DNA from: Narcine bancroftii
Lineage: Eukaryota
Reading direction: 5' to 3'
DNA length: 64,000 bases
Assembly (NCBI RefSeq): GCF_036971445.1
Contig: NC_091474.1
Location: 77,748,001 to 77,812,000, forward strand
Positions within the stretch are counted from its first letter, which is position 1. Each line of letters begins with the position of its first letter. Positions 38,301 to 48,967 of the stretch are shown in pieces. The notes beneath the pieces are model-generated. The model made no database searches. It saw only the letters and a list, made by a program, of their open reading frames with translations, and was not told the origin of the DNA. Position numbers and translations under genes: made by a program.

Positions 38301-41300
38301 CTCCCTCTACCCGTCTCTCACCCTCTAATCATCCCTCCCCTACTCACCCTGCCCCTCCCCTTTTACCTCTTCCCTATCCACCCCTCCTTCTACTCATCCC
38401 TCCCTCTAACTGCCCCTCGCACCACTATAACTTCCCCTGCCCATTACTCCTCACTCCCACCCACTCAGGCCCAGCGCACTGCCGATCAGCCTTTGCGGAC
38501 AGCCACCATCTCTCTCTTCACGTGCAGGGCCGAACCAGCTATCCCTGGGGTCCGCGCGGGTGCAAGTGCTGAAGGCCGTGGCGATCGGGTGAAGTGTGCT
38601 CACGCTGTGGAAGGGCCGTCCGGTGCCAGTCGTGCGGGGCTCGCGCTGCCTGGGGGCCGTGCGCAGCCTGCCATGTCCGTCGCGCCGACAGGAAATCACA
38701 GGTGCTCGCCCATCCGCCGCACCGCTCGACAGGTGGGAGAAGTGACTGGCTGTGCGGGGAGCCTTCCAACTGGCTTGCGGGCTGATGACATCGACAGACT
38801 TCTCGTGTTACAATTTCTCGTGTTACAATGGGGAAGGATGTGCAATAAAGGGGGAGGATGGTGGGGATGACATTATCAAAAACAGCATCGGCTCTCGCTG
38901 CAGGGCGGGCCACCTCTAATACATTTTTGAAATGATCTTGCGGGCCAAATATAATTATATCGCGGGCCAAATTTGGCCCGCGGGCCAGAGTTTGACATGT
39001 GTGTCCTAAGAAATATGACAAAATATACTGGAGCAGGCAAGAAATAAGGTTAGAGAAGACAATAAGCCGTTGGAATATAAGGGACAAAAAATATTTTTTT
39101 ACACGGACATAAGCTTCGAACTTTTAAAGAAGAGGAAGGAATTCAACACGGCGAAAACAATCTTGTGGAAGAAAGGGTATAACTTTATATTGAGGCATCC
39201 AGAAGTACTCATAGTATTTATTTCTGGGGAACAGAATAGACTGTTCTTGGACCCAAAGAAAGCCCAAGAATTTGCTGAACATTTGCAGGACAGGAGAAGA
39301 GAGGAGGAGGAGGAGTGACAAGAAAATATATAAAAATATAGTAAAGATAATGTGTATATATAAATATAAAGATTTAAAGATGGATAAGAGAAAGGGAAGA
39401 AGGAAAAAAGAGAGAGCTTTGTTATATGTATAGGAAAATAGTGTTCTCTGGGGGTGGGAGGATGACGGTCACTGTGAAATCGGTTGACCCTTGCGAGTAA
39501 GTTCGCAAACCGAATGGAAAAGGGAGTTGTGGTTGCCGTCAAGGGACAAGGGGCAATCCAAGGAGGGGAGGTTCATTTGGGGTTAAAGGGTTATTGCTTG
39601 TGGGGATTGTTGGGGTATTTCATGTCTTAAGTGCATTGACATATATTGAGATTAAAAAGGAACACTTAAAAAAAACAGTAATGGGAAAAAAAGGATGGAG
39701 GTGGTGAAGAGGCAGAAAAGAAGTTAAAATAAAGATAAAAGATGGCCACGTTGGACCAAATGACTATAAACATTAATGGAATATTTAACCAAGTTTAAGT
39801 ATCTCCCATTGGAAAACACATAATTTAAAAGACAGTTAATGTTTGAAAAAACCTGGGAACCATATATGGAACATAACAGAAAGAGCAGGCCTCGGACCAC
39901 CACCACCTAAAATAAGATAAATACGAACAGATTTAATATGAATAATCAGATACGTGTTCTTTGTTTCTATTCCTTTTGTATAAAGATATTGTTTTATTGT
40001 ATTTTATATATTCAATATTTACTGTTTTTGGAGGGGGGGTGAAGGGAGGGATGGGTGAAAAAAGAGAAAATGTCACTGTGAATATTTAGAGATGCATCTG
40101 TAAATATATTGGTTGATGAGGTTCATAGTGCGATAAATAAAGAATTAGAAAAAAAAAACATGACAGTGTGACTTGTGATCTGTTTCCACAGATGATCGGG
40201 TGGCTGAGAATGGTGCATTACTCGTCAATGAGCATCTGCAAGTCAGTGGGATGGAAAATATTTATGCAATAGGTGATTGTGCTGATATCAAAGAGCCTAA
40301 AATGGCCTATCATGCTGGATTACATGCGGATGTTGCTGTGGATAATATTGTCAGAAGTCTGACCAAAAAGCCTCTGAAACATTACAAACCAGGTATGGCC
40401 CGCTGAGATCTTTAGCAAAATTATTTTGCATATTAGTGAGGAAACTGAATTTATTGGACATACACTTACAGCATGGTGAAAGCCCTTTCAGACTACAAGC
40501 CCATGCTGCCCCAATTATACCCAATTGAACTACAACCCCTGGTGTTGGGAAACCCATGCAGACACAGGAAAAAGGACTCCTTAAAGGCAGCACCAGAATT
40601 GAACCCCAGTCACTGGCGCTGAAATAATGTGCTAACTGCAATGTTGATGGCTTGGGACATATTTTGGAGGTTCAGTTAGCTATCGATGCCTGTGCCTGTT
40701 GGTATGGGTACACAGTGTTCTTTTTTTAAAAGGAGGTAACTACTCTTACCTTGCCACTCTGAGAGATACATGTAGCCCTCAACTTACGATGGGGTTGTTT
40801 TCCTGCACTCCAATTTTAAGTCAAAAAATCATTCTCGAAAAAGAGCAACGGGATCAGTGTGAGGACTAATACAGGGCTATAGGGGGACACTGAACATCAC
40901 TGCCTAGCCAAAACTCACAGTACAGATTCTGCCATCATAACTTTGAAAAATCGTAAGTCGAACCATCGTAAATTGAGGACGATCTGTAGTAGACAGAAGC
41001 AAAAGCTTACCTGAAGATGGAGAAGATTTATTGAGGCAATGCATCTTTTCCGCTGCATACCTTAAGATTGGAATGCAAGCTATTGTGAGAGGATTGAATA
41101 GCCTTTGCATTTAAAGTGGAATTGGCCAGATGAATCCATTATCTTGATATCAAATTTTGTTCGACAACTTTCAACCCTCTCCAATAAACTCTAATTCCTG
41201 CACAAGATTCATGGACGATACCACAGCAGTGGGTTGTGTAAAATGGGGCAATGAGTCAGCATACAGGAGGAAGATTGAAAACTTGGCTAAATGGTGCACT

Positions 41301-42409
41301 CATAGCAACCTCATACTCTTGTCATCAAAAGGAAAAACCAGAGCTGTACAATCCAGTGATCATTGGGGGATCAGAGGTGGAGAGGGTGAGCAAATTTAAG
41401 TTTTTGGGAGTCACTATCTTGCAGGATCTTTCCTGAACCCAAGATGCTAATGACATCGTAACAAAGCACATCAGGGCCTCTACTTCCTCGGGAGTTGGTT
41501 GCAGAAAATGAGTAGGGAATGGGATTGCTCAGAGCTAGCACAGGCTTGATGGGCAGCATGGCCACGTGAGAATTTTTCAGCAATGTCCTTGGGATGCTGC
41601 TTTAGTATCGCATTGATGTGACTCATTCATTAGCCCCAGAGCATGCACAGATGTGTGCAGTAGCTTTGGCCTCACTGAGATGAGGAAAGTTGTTGGCTGT
41701 GCTAAGTTTTGGTGCCAGTGAATCGCTGCACGAATTTGGTTCCAGCCCAAAAGGTGTAGACAATACCGATTTTGGTGTGTAGGGGTTGCATAGGTCCAAA
41801 TCCACCCTCTCGACATCTCCTCCTGGATCCAGCGGCATGGTGCAATCCAAGGTGGCTAGGGAAAGTTCTGTCGTGAATGGCCAGGCCAAGCTTCAATGCA
41901 AGGGATTCCCTTTCTGTGCCTCATGGCACGTGTTTGCTAGATGACCATTGACCCCATGAGAGAGTGTATCCGCCCTTTGGCATGTCTTGTTTTTCATCCT
42001 ACAGGGTGTCTAGCACCAGGCAAGCTTGCTGGAGCCAGTTTAGTTGCTGACTACCCAACCAGGTGACAGGAAACACTGGGCTACATGGCACTCAGACAAA
42101 TGATCTGACGGGAAACTAATAAGTTAACCACTTCCTAAGTTAACTAATTCTTAAGGGTCTGTCTTGATCTACCCTGCTTCTGAGAGGATGGAGACAGAGG
42201 TTCAGGGTTTTGTGTTGCGGCCCTTTCACCTCTTGTACCTCTCTCTGTTCCTAGGTTCACTCAGCATGCTATTGTCAATGGGCCGGAATGATGGGATTGG
42301 TCAGCTGTTCGGATTCCACATTGGAAAATTTGTGGTTGTGCCGCTGAAAAGTAAAGATCTGATGGTTTGGAAAAGCTGGAAAGGAATGGGCCAGACAGCA
42401 CCTTCATGA
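29170..42409 (+). CDS. AIFM2: AIFM2/FSP1 ferroptosis suppressor protein 1, canonical-like paralog B (8 coding exons, 373 aa)
   Basis: Exons 29170-29344, 31057-31172, 31588-31707, 31818-31910, 33954-34062, 35441-35593, 40192-40392, 42255-42409; same exon sizes and phases as paralog A. Motifs [32 protein letters not shown]; AATAAA at 42609. Confidence 0.96.
31057..31172 (+). CDS. AIFM2: AIFM2 paralog B coding exon 2
   Basis: [13 protein letters not shown]...ESGE; ag/gt boundaries, 116 nt. Confidence 0.95.
31208..31521. repeat. C-rich minisatellite, unit about 40 bp (ctctggtcccctacacccctccctgtctctgtgaccccc), 7-8 copies
   Basis: Visible tandem array in a paralog B intron. Confidence 0.9.
31588..31707 (+). 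CDS. AIFM2: AIFM2 paralog B coding exon 3
   Basis: [22 protein letters not shown]...; 120 nt. Confidence 0.95.
31818..31910 (+). CDS. AIFM2: AIFM2 paralog B coding exon 4 (ends at a GC donor)
   Basis: [31 protein letters not shown], 93 nt, followed by GAG|gcatgt. Confidence 0.9.
33954..34062 (+). CDS. AIFM2: AIFM2 paralog B coding exon 5
   Basis: [21 protein letters not shown]...; 109 nt. Confidence 0.95.
35039..35158. mobile_element. Short hAT-Charlie MITE
   Basis: TIRs cagtggttctcaacct / aggttgagaatcactg. Confidence 0.7.
35441..35593 (+). CDS. AIFM2: AIFM2 paralog B coding exon 6
   Basis: QKVTNL...[16 protein letters not shown]; 153 nt; T|gtaagt. Confidence 0.95.
36676..40158 (+). mobile_element. 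L1-clade LINE, degenerate ORF1, ORF2 almost wholly deleted, with polyA tail and TSD
   Basis: TSD catgacagtgtgact at 36661-36675 and 40159-40173; AATAAA plus A-tail at about 40136-40158; ORF1 motifs [40 protein letters not shown]; ORF2 start [14 protein letters not shown] at 39742 fused to a C-terminal WEPYMEH segment. Confidence 0.88.
37842..39003. mobile_element. Non-autonomous hAT (Charlie-like) DNA transposon nested in L1 ORF1
   Basis: Perfect 8-bp TSD tcctaaga (37834-37841, 39004-39011); TIRs caggggtgtcaaactc / gagtttgacatgtgtg; subterminal gcgggcc motifs. Confidence 0.9.
40192..40392 (+). CDS. AIFM2: AIFM2 paralog B coding exon 7
   Basis: [17 protein letters not shown]...[22 protein letters not shown]...YKPG; 201 nt. 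Confidence 0.95.
42255..42409 (+). CDS. AIFM2: AIFM2 paralog B last coding exon
   Basis: [16 protein letters not shown]...[20 protein letters not shown]. Confidence 0.95.
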
Positions 42410-43284
42410 ATCCCAAATTCTTCGTCACCTTTCTCCCATGCACAGCTGCACCTTAGTTCCCTTTCGTCTGTGATTTCATCGAATTGCTAAATACTTAATT
42501 GCAACATAATCGTGCCATAAAATTATGCAAAACCATTCCAAAATGTGGTATTTTGTGGAGAAAAACCAAATCCTTGTTTATTGTCAATTAAACTTGAAAA
42601 CATTAACCAATAAATAAGATTTTGAAATGCATTGTGTTGTATGTCGAAGGATATTTGTTGAACATTTTTAATTATTCATTTTAATCAAAATGAGATGGGG
42701 TTACCTTTAGTCATAGAATTGTTTCAGCCATTTGTGAGGGGTAATTTGGACCACTGAGTCTGTGGTGGTACCTGGTAGATTAGTCTCATCAGGCCTTTAC
42801 CCCTGTTCTATCCCCTTTTTGTACAGTGACCTCCATAAAGATACCAAAATGACTGTCTATAAAATCTTTGTTCCAGAAGAAATGTATTATTTTTTTAAAA
42901 AATATCCCTATAGTTAAACAAAAACATTTTTTGTCAGCCCATCTTAAATGTATCAATAGACCTACAAGGCTCAAGCTCGGTGCTAATTTACGTTTTGAAT
43001 CTTCTAATGCTCTCCGGTCAGAGGTGTCATTATTACCCATGTACAATGACACTTCTAATCATGTTGTTTCATCTGCACACGCCACAAGCACAAGCTGTTG
43101 TTTTCGTTACTGCTGGTGTTTTTAAAGTCACTGCTTTTGTCAAATTTTCAGCTGCTTTAGCTACAATATTGTGGTAGTTAGTATTTGTGATTCACGATTA
43201 ACATTAGTACAAAAAAAACATTACTGAGGATTTTGTATGGTCTGGTACAGGAGGAGGTTCATGGGGGCATGGTGGGGTGGAGGG

Positions 43285-43892
43285 GTGGCACCATGAGTTA
43301 CCGCACCAGGTTCAGGAGGGGTGGCCCCATGAATTACTGCACCAGGTGCAGGAGGGGTGGCCCCATGAGTTACCGCACCAGGTGCAGGAGGGGTGGCCCC
43401 ATGAGTTACCGCACCAGGTGCAGGAGGGGTGGCCCCATGAGTTACCGCACCAGGTGCAGGAGGGGTGGCCCCATGAGTTACCGCACCAGGTGCAGGAGGG
43501 GTGGCCCCATGAGTTACCGCACCAGGTGCAGGAGGGGTGGCCCCATGAGTTACCGCACCAGGTGCAGGAGGGGTGGCCCCATGAGTTACCGCACCAGGTG
43601 CAGGAGGGGTGGCCCCATGAGTTACCGCACCAGGTGCAGGAGGGGTGGCCCCATGAGTTACCGCACCAGGTGCAGGAGGGGTGGCCCCATGAGTTACCGC
43701 ACCAGGTGCAGGAGGGGTGGCCCCATGAGTTACCGCACCAGGTGCAGGAGGGGTGGCCCCATGAGTTACCGCACCAGGTGCAGGAGGGGTGGCCCCATGA
43801 GTTACCGCACCAGGTGCAGGAGGGGTGGCCCCATGAGTTACCGCACCAGGTTCAGGAGGGGTGGCCCCATGAGTTACCGCACCAGGTGCAGG
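43285..43892. repeat. 36-bp minisatellite (GTGGCCCCATGAGTTACCGCACCAGGTGCAGGAGGG)n, about 17 copies
   Basis: Head-to-tail near-identical units with no spacers. Confidence 0.95.
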
Positions 43893-46800
43893 AGCCTGCC
43901 CACATTGTGCCCATACCTTGATGAAGGGCTCAAGCCCAAAATGTTGGTTATGTATGTTTGCTACATAAAGGACACTGTTTGACCAACTGAGTTTCTCCAA
44001 CATTGTGCGGTCACTAATCTGAGCCACAGTGGGAGTATATTTCGCCTAATTATATGGGTGTAGTTCAGCTGCTAACAGGTTATAAGAAATAAAAGCGGGA
44101 GCAGGCTTATCATCCCTCCCTCTTAATGAGATGGAGGATGATCTGCACTAGTTTTCTGCTGATTTTTCCCTCCCGCTGAAGGTCTATTGATGTCATTCAG
44201 TAGCTCCGGCATTTCAGCATTTACGTTTGTTCCAAAAATAATGTCCTTATGATCTTTAATGGGTGACACTATCTTAAAATTATGCCCTCTTTGCAGTTTC
44301 ATCTACTAGAGCCAATATCTTCTTGGAATCCTGTATTTCAACGAGATTTGCCTCTGTTTTTATTCAAAACTCGAGTTTAAGCAGGTCTGAGACATGAGTG
44401 ATTTGCAATACTGACAATGGGTGTATTAATGTGCTTGAGATTCTGGTCAATCCCTGGAGCATCGAAGAATGAGGGAGAGTTGATTAGGTATACAAAATTA
44501 TGAGGCGTGTAGACAGAGTAAATGCAGGTAGGCTTTTTCCACCGAGGATAGGTGATGCACAAACCAGAGGATGTGGGTTAAGGGTGAAAGGGGTAAAGCT
44601 TAGGGGAACATTAGGGAAAACTTCACACAGTGGTGGAAGTGTGGAACAAGCTTGCCAGATGAAGTAGCAAATGCAGGCTCATTTTTCACATCTAATAAAC
44701 ATTTGGACAGGATGGGAGGGGTATGGACAGGGAGCAGGTTAGTGGGACTAGGTAGTAGACTAGAAGGGCCGAAGGGTCTGTTTATTTTGTGTGCTGTGTT
44801 CAATGATTCCAATGTCCTTGACAAGAAAGTGTTACATGATGTTTTGAGTTACATAACACCAAGGTTGTTGACTGCTGCTGTTCTTCCAAGCAGCACATTT
44901 GAAGATCTGTGTTGCCGTCAGTGTTTGAAAAAAAAACAGGGCACAAGACAGGCATTTCAAAAGCATCTGGATGAGCCCTTGCAGCTGCAGGGCTCAGTGT
45001 CTCGTGGTGAGAAATGACTTTAATGAAATGTGTCGTTTTTGCCTGTACAATGGGTGGTAAATTCTGCTGCTAAGCATTCTAGATATTCAACACACTAAAC
45101 CAAGAAAATCAAAAATACTTTCTCCCTAAGATGAAGCACGATAAAGAAATTGTTTAAATTTTTAATGAATACATTGACAATGAACTTGGCATTTTTTAAA
45201 CACAAATGCATACAGAATGTGTATGTACAGAAGATTTGGTACATTATAATACATTTGGACATTGTTGAAAAGCAGACTTAAGGGAAACAAAAAGACGTGG
45301 GTGCTTTGGACAAGATGGCACCATGATATCTGTTGGATCAGCTTCTTTCCAGTCAGTTCTGACACGAGGATAGGCAATTCACAATGAAATGACTGTTAAA
45401 ACAATCACTTCGTATGGCTTTGTGGACTGCCAAATGGATGTTGGAGAAAGGGGGCTTTATTTCTGAGTATCTCCCACCTATTGGTGCCAGTTTCTGCTCC
45501 CCGTTGTTAAGGCACTGCACTGGACAAGAGACTGAAATGGTTTCCATAAGCAGGCAGTCATATCGATTGCAGTGTGGGCATGACAAGTAATAATTACAAA
45601 TGTCAGGATTTCCTTATGATTGACGGATGCTTATTCACCACATTATGGTTTGTCACAAGGAACCTCAGCTGGATCAGAAGATGGATTTGTTTGGAATATT
45701 TATGTTAGACCCAGGCTCTGAAGTCCAGCAACACCTTAGAAGTCCGTGGAAAGCATAATTGTGAAGTTGCAATGTGACACTGCTATTTTTGTATTCAGTT
45801 TCTTTTGGCACATACAAAGTACAGGTAGTAGCAACACCACTAGAGGGTAAATCTGTGATTTATCTCCCAACTCCCACTACTCAAGTGGCTAACACTGGTG
45901 GCCAGTGAGTGATGCAAGGATGAGATGGAATTAAAGTAACAGTGCAACATGGAGCCTGCAGTCAGGAGTATCTTTGGTTTGCATTTAAAAATCTTGGCTT
46001 TTTTTTAAAAAAGGTCAAGTAGAGACATGGCTGGGATTTAGGTCTGGATTCTTTTCTCCACAGTTGGTCTTTCTGCAGATTCCTCGATATGGGAACATGG
46101 TACGGAATAAACACACGAGTGAAACATGAATGTCTGCAGACACTTTGATTGTAGTAAAAAAAACACTCTGAAATGTTGGAGGAACTCGGCTGGTCTTTCA
46201 GTGTTCATTGGAGACAAAGATATATTGCCGACGTTTCGGACCTGAGTCATTCAATGCAGATGGGTTCAGGCCTGAAACGTCGGCAATATATCTTTGCTTC
46301 CTATGGATGCAGAGAGACCGGCTGAGTTCCTACAGCATTTTGGTGTGTTCTTACATGTTCAGAAACTTCTGATCAACTGACTCAGAAACAGATTAATTTC
46401 TGTTTACCAGAGCATTTGTAATCATTTGGCTCTTCTTTGAAATACTGTGGAAGATGCATTGGAAAGAATAGGCTTGGCTAGAAGTGAGTGAAACCAACAT
46501 TATCCTTAATCTGGACTTAGCTACTCATCCAAGCCTGACGGCATCCAATTATGCTGTATCCTGATTGGCCAGGTATACATTCTGATTTTCATAGACTGTG
46601 ATGGGCCAGCTCGGTAATTCATTCAGATCAAAATACAGTAAAACCCCCAGCATTTATAGGGTTTGGTAGATGCCATATAAATGAATTTTTTTTCGTTACT
46701 TGAGATTGCATGTTGTGTAGATTGGCAAATTGATTGCTAGGGGGTGTCAACTTTAAACTTTCGTATTTTTAATCATTTTTTTTCCACAACTTTTTTTGTC

Positions 46801-47247
46801 AGTTGCTTAAATTCTGGATAATGGGTATTTTACTGCATTTAGCTCTGCATTACTGCACACATCCCTGTTCTTGATTAATATTTGGTATTTTTCCTCACAC
46901 AAGTTAACAACATGTATGATACTGTTATATGCCCAACACTGGTCAATTGGTAAGCTAGGGAAGAACACATAGCTCGTGGGCTTGGATTGCCCATGGTCAA
47001 GTCAGGTTTATTTTACACCTGAATGCACTTCTATTTCAATGTATTCTTTCAGTTATTTTTGAAAATCTACTTCAAATCCTACCTGTTTTTCAATTGGCCA
47101 GATTCCTGTTCAACATCACCCTTAAGCAGATCCTGCTCAGAAATCAGAAAATCACCATCCTTGGTGGACAAGCTAGTGCATCGACATCACTGGCGGAAAT
47201 GGCGAGTCAGAATAAAGATAAAAGTCCACAGATATTTTAATTGAACA

Positions 47248-48967
47248 AACCAGATTGGTAAGTCTGGAGTGACATATAATCCAGACCAGTCTGATTTCTT
47301 ACCCTGATGGACATGCAGTTGTGTGGTCACCATTATGAATGTCTAGAGTTTTAATTTCCAGATTATTAAAGACTGCCATTAGTGAGATTGATTGAACTAC
47401 AAGTCTAGTACTTTATGCACCTGCTGTGAGACATTAGAGGTTTAAAATTGGGTTAGAGAAGGAAGACTGAGAAGGTGCCTCCATTTGCAGGTTATGTCAG
47501 AGCTAGGAATGAAATGTCTTAAATGTATGAGAGTAATAATTTAACTAGAGAGGAGGCCTTTTATCCACAGGGAGGATTACACTGTGAACCTTACCAACAC
47601 AAGGAGTGAAGCTTTAAGGAAGAAGACAAACTTGTGATACAGCAGGGAAGAGGCTAGTGTTGCGTGAAAAGCGGCAGAACAAATGTGTGGACAAACACCA
47701 GCATTGACCAGTTAAGCCCTCCTGCCATTTAAATAAAGAGGAAGTAACTGGCAGGTAAATGGGTATGTATTATCATTTGAACTAGTCACCAATTTCTGCT
47801 GTGCAGAATTTTGCTGTTTTCTCCTTTGTAAATTATGAAAATAAACAGTTACTCTACTGTTAAGTAATTTGAGGAGAGTTGTTTTTTCTCTCTCATGCTA
47901 AAGTTTTAAAATCTCATTTCCTCTCAACAAATTAAAAATTCTCATCCCTTCCCTGACTATGTGAGATATTTATGGTTTTTACACAGCTGCTGTGCAATGG
48001 GAAATTTTCGTAAAATTCCTGCAATGCAGACCACGTAAAAAGTTTGGAACAGAAATAAGCGACTCACTCCCATTCCAATTTTTTTTCTGTGGCAGCCCTA
48101 GATAATCTTTGCAGAGTTTCTGCAGTCTAAACTGAATTGTAGGCAGTCCGCAACTATGGGTTAATGAATAGCGCACCTATTTGCAAGTTTCGCCTCTTTA
48201 CTTACTGCACTTCCAGTATTCAGTGTAAAATCGCGCAAGGGACCGGAGATTTTGAGTTTTGGTCTTTCATGTGTAAGCAGCTGTAACAGAAGGTAAGAAA
48301 AAAATTTGAACAAAAATAAAATGTTAGTTCTATGTATAAAACAAAATATAGATGTGAGTGAAATATATTTAATTTGGTTCATTAAGTAGGCATTACTTTG
48401 GGTGTGGTTTTTCACTTCCTAAAGTGACTTTAAAGATTAATATTTTGACCAAAGGTTTACCTGCCAGTTACTTCCTCTTTATTTAAATGGCAGGAGGGCT
48501 TAACTGGTCAATGCTGGTGTTTGTCCACACATTTGTTCTGCCGCTTTTCACGCAACACTAGCCTCTTCCCTGCTGTATCACAAGTTTGTCTTCTTCCTTA
48601 AAGCTTCACTCCTTGTGTTGGTAAGGTTCACAGTGTAATCCTCCCTGTGGATAAAAGGCCTCCTCTCTAGTTAAATTATTACTCTCATACATTTAAGACA
48701 TTTCATTCCTAGCTCTGACATAACCTGCAAATGGAGGCACCTTCTCAGTCTTCCTTCTCTAACCCAATTTTAAACCTCTAATGTCTCACAGCAGGTGCAT
48801 AAAGTACTAGACTTGTAGTTCAATCAATCTCACTAATGGCAGTCTTTAATAATCTGGAAATTAAAACTCTAGACATTCATAATGGTGACCACACAACTGC
48901 ATGTCCATCAGGGTAAGAAATCAGACTGGTCTGGATTATATGTCACTCCAGACTTACCAATCTGGTT
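47248..48967. repeat. Long inverted repeat: 512-bp arms (47248-47759 and 48456-48967) with a 696-bp spacer
   Basis: Arms are reverse complements of equal length; no mismatch in the segments compared by eye. Confidence 0.95.

Noticed and set aside
38042-39087. 125-182 aa ORFs as a transposase or host gene
   Set aside because: Low-complexity, GC-rich interior of a non-autonomous hAT; no DDE or BED motifs
43285-43892. CRISPR array (36-bp repeats)
   Set aside because: Units are contiguous with no unique spacers, there are no cas genes, and the context is eukaryotic
43221-44027. 214-268 aa repetitive ORFs
   Set aside because: Translations of the 36-bp minisatellite; no splice or homology support
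47248-48967. DNA transposon with long TIRs
   Set aside because: No TSD or transposase, and one arm is continuous with flanking older SINE-like sequence; treated as an inverted duplication
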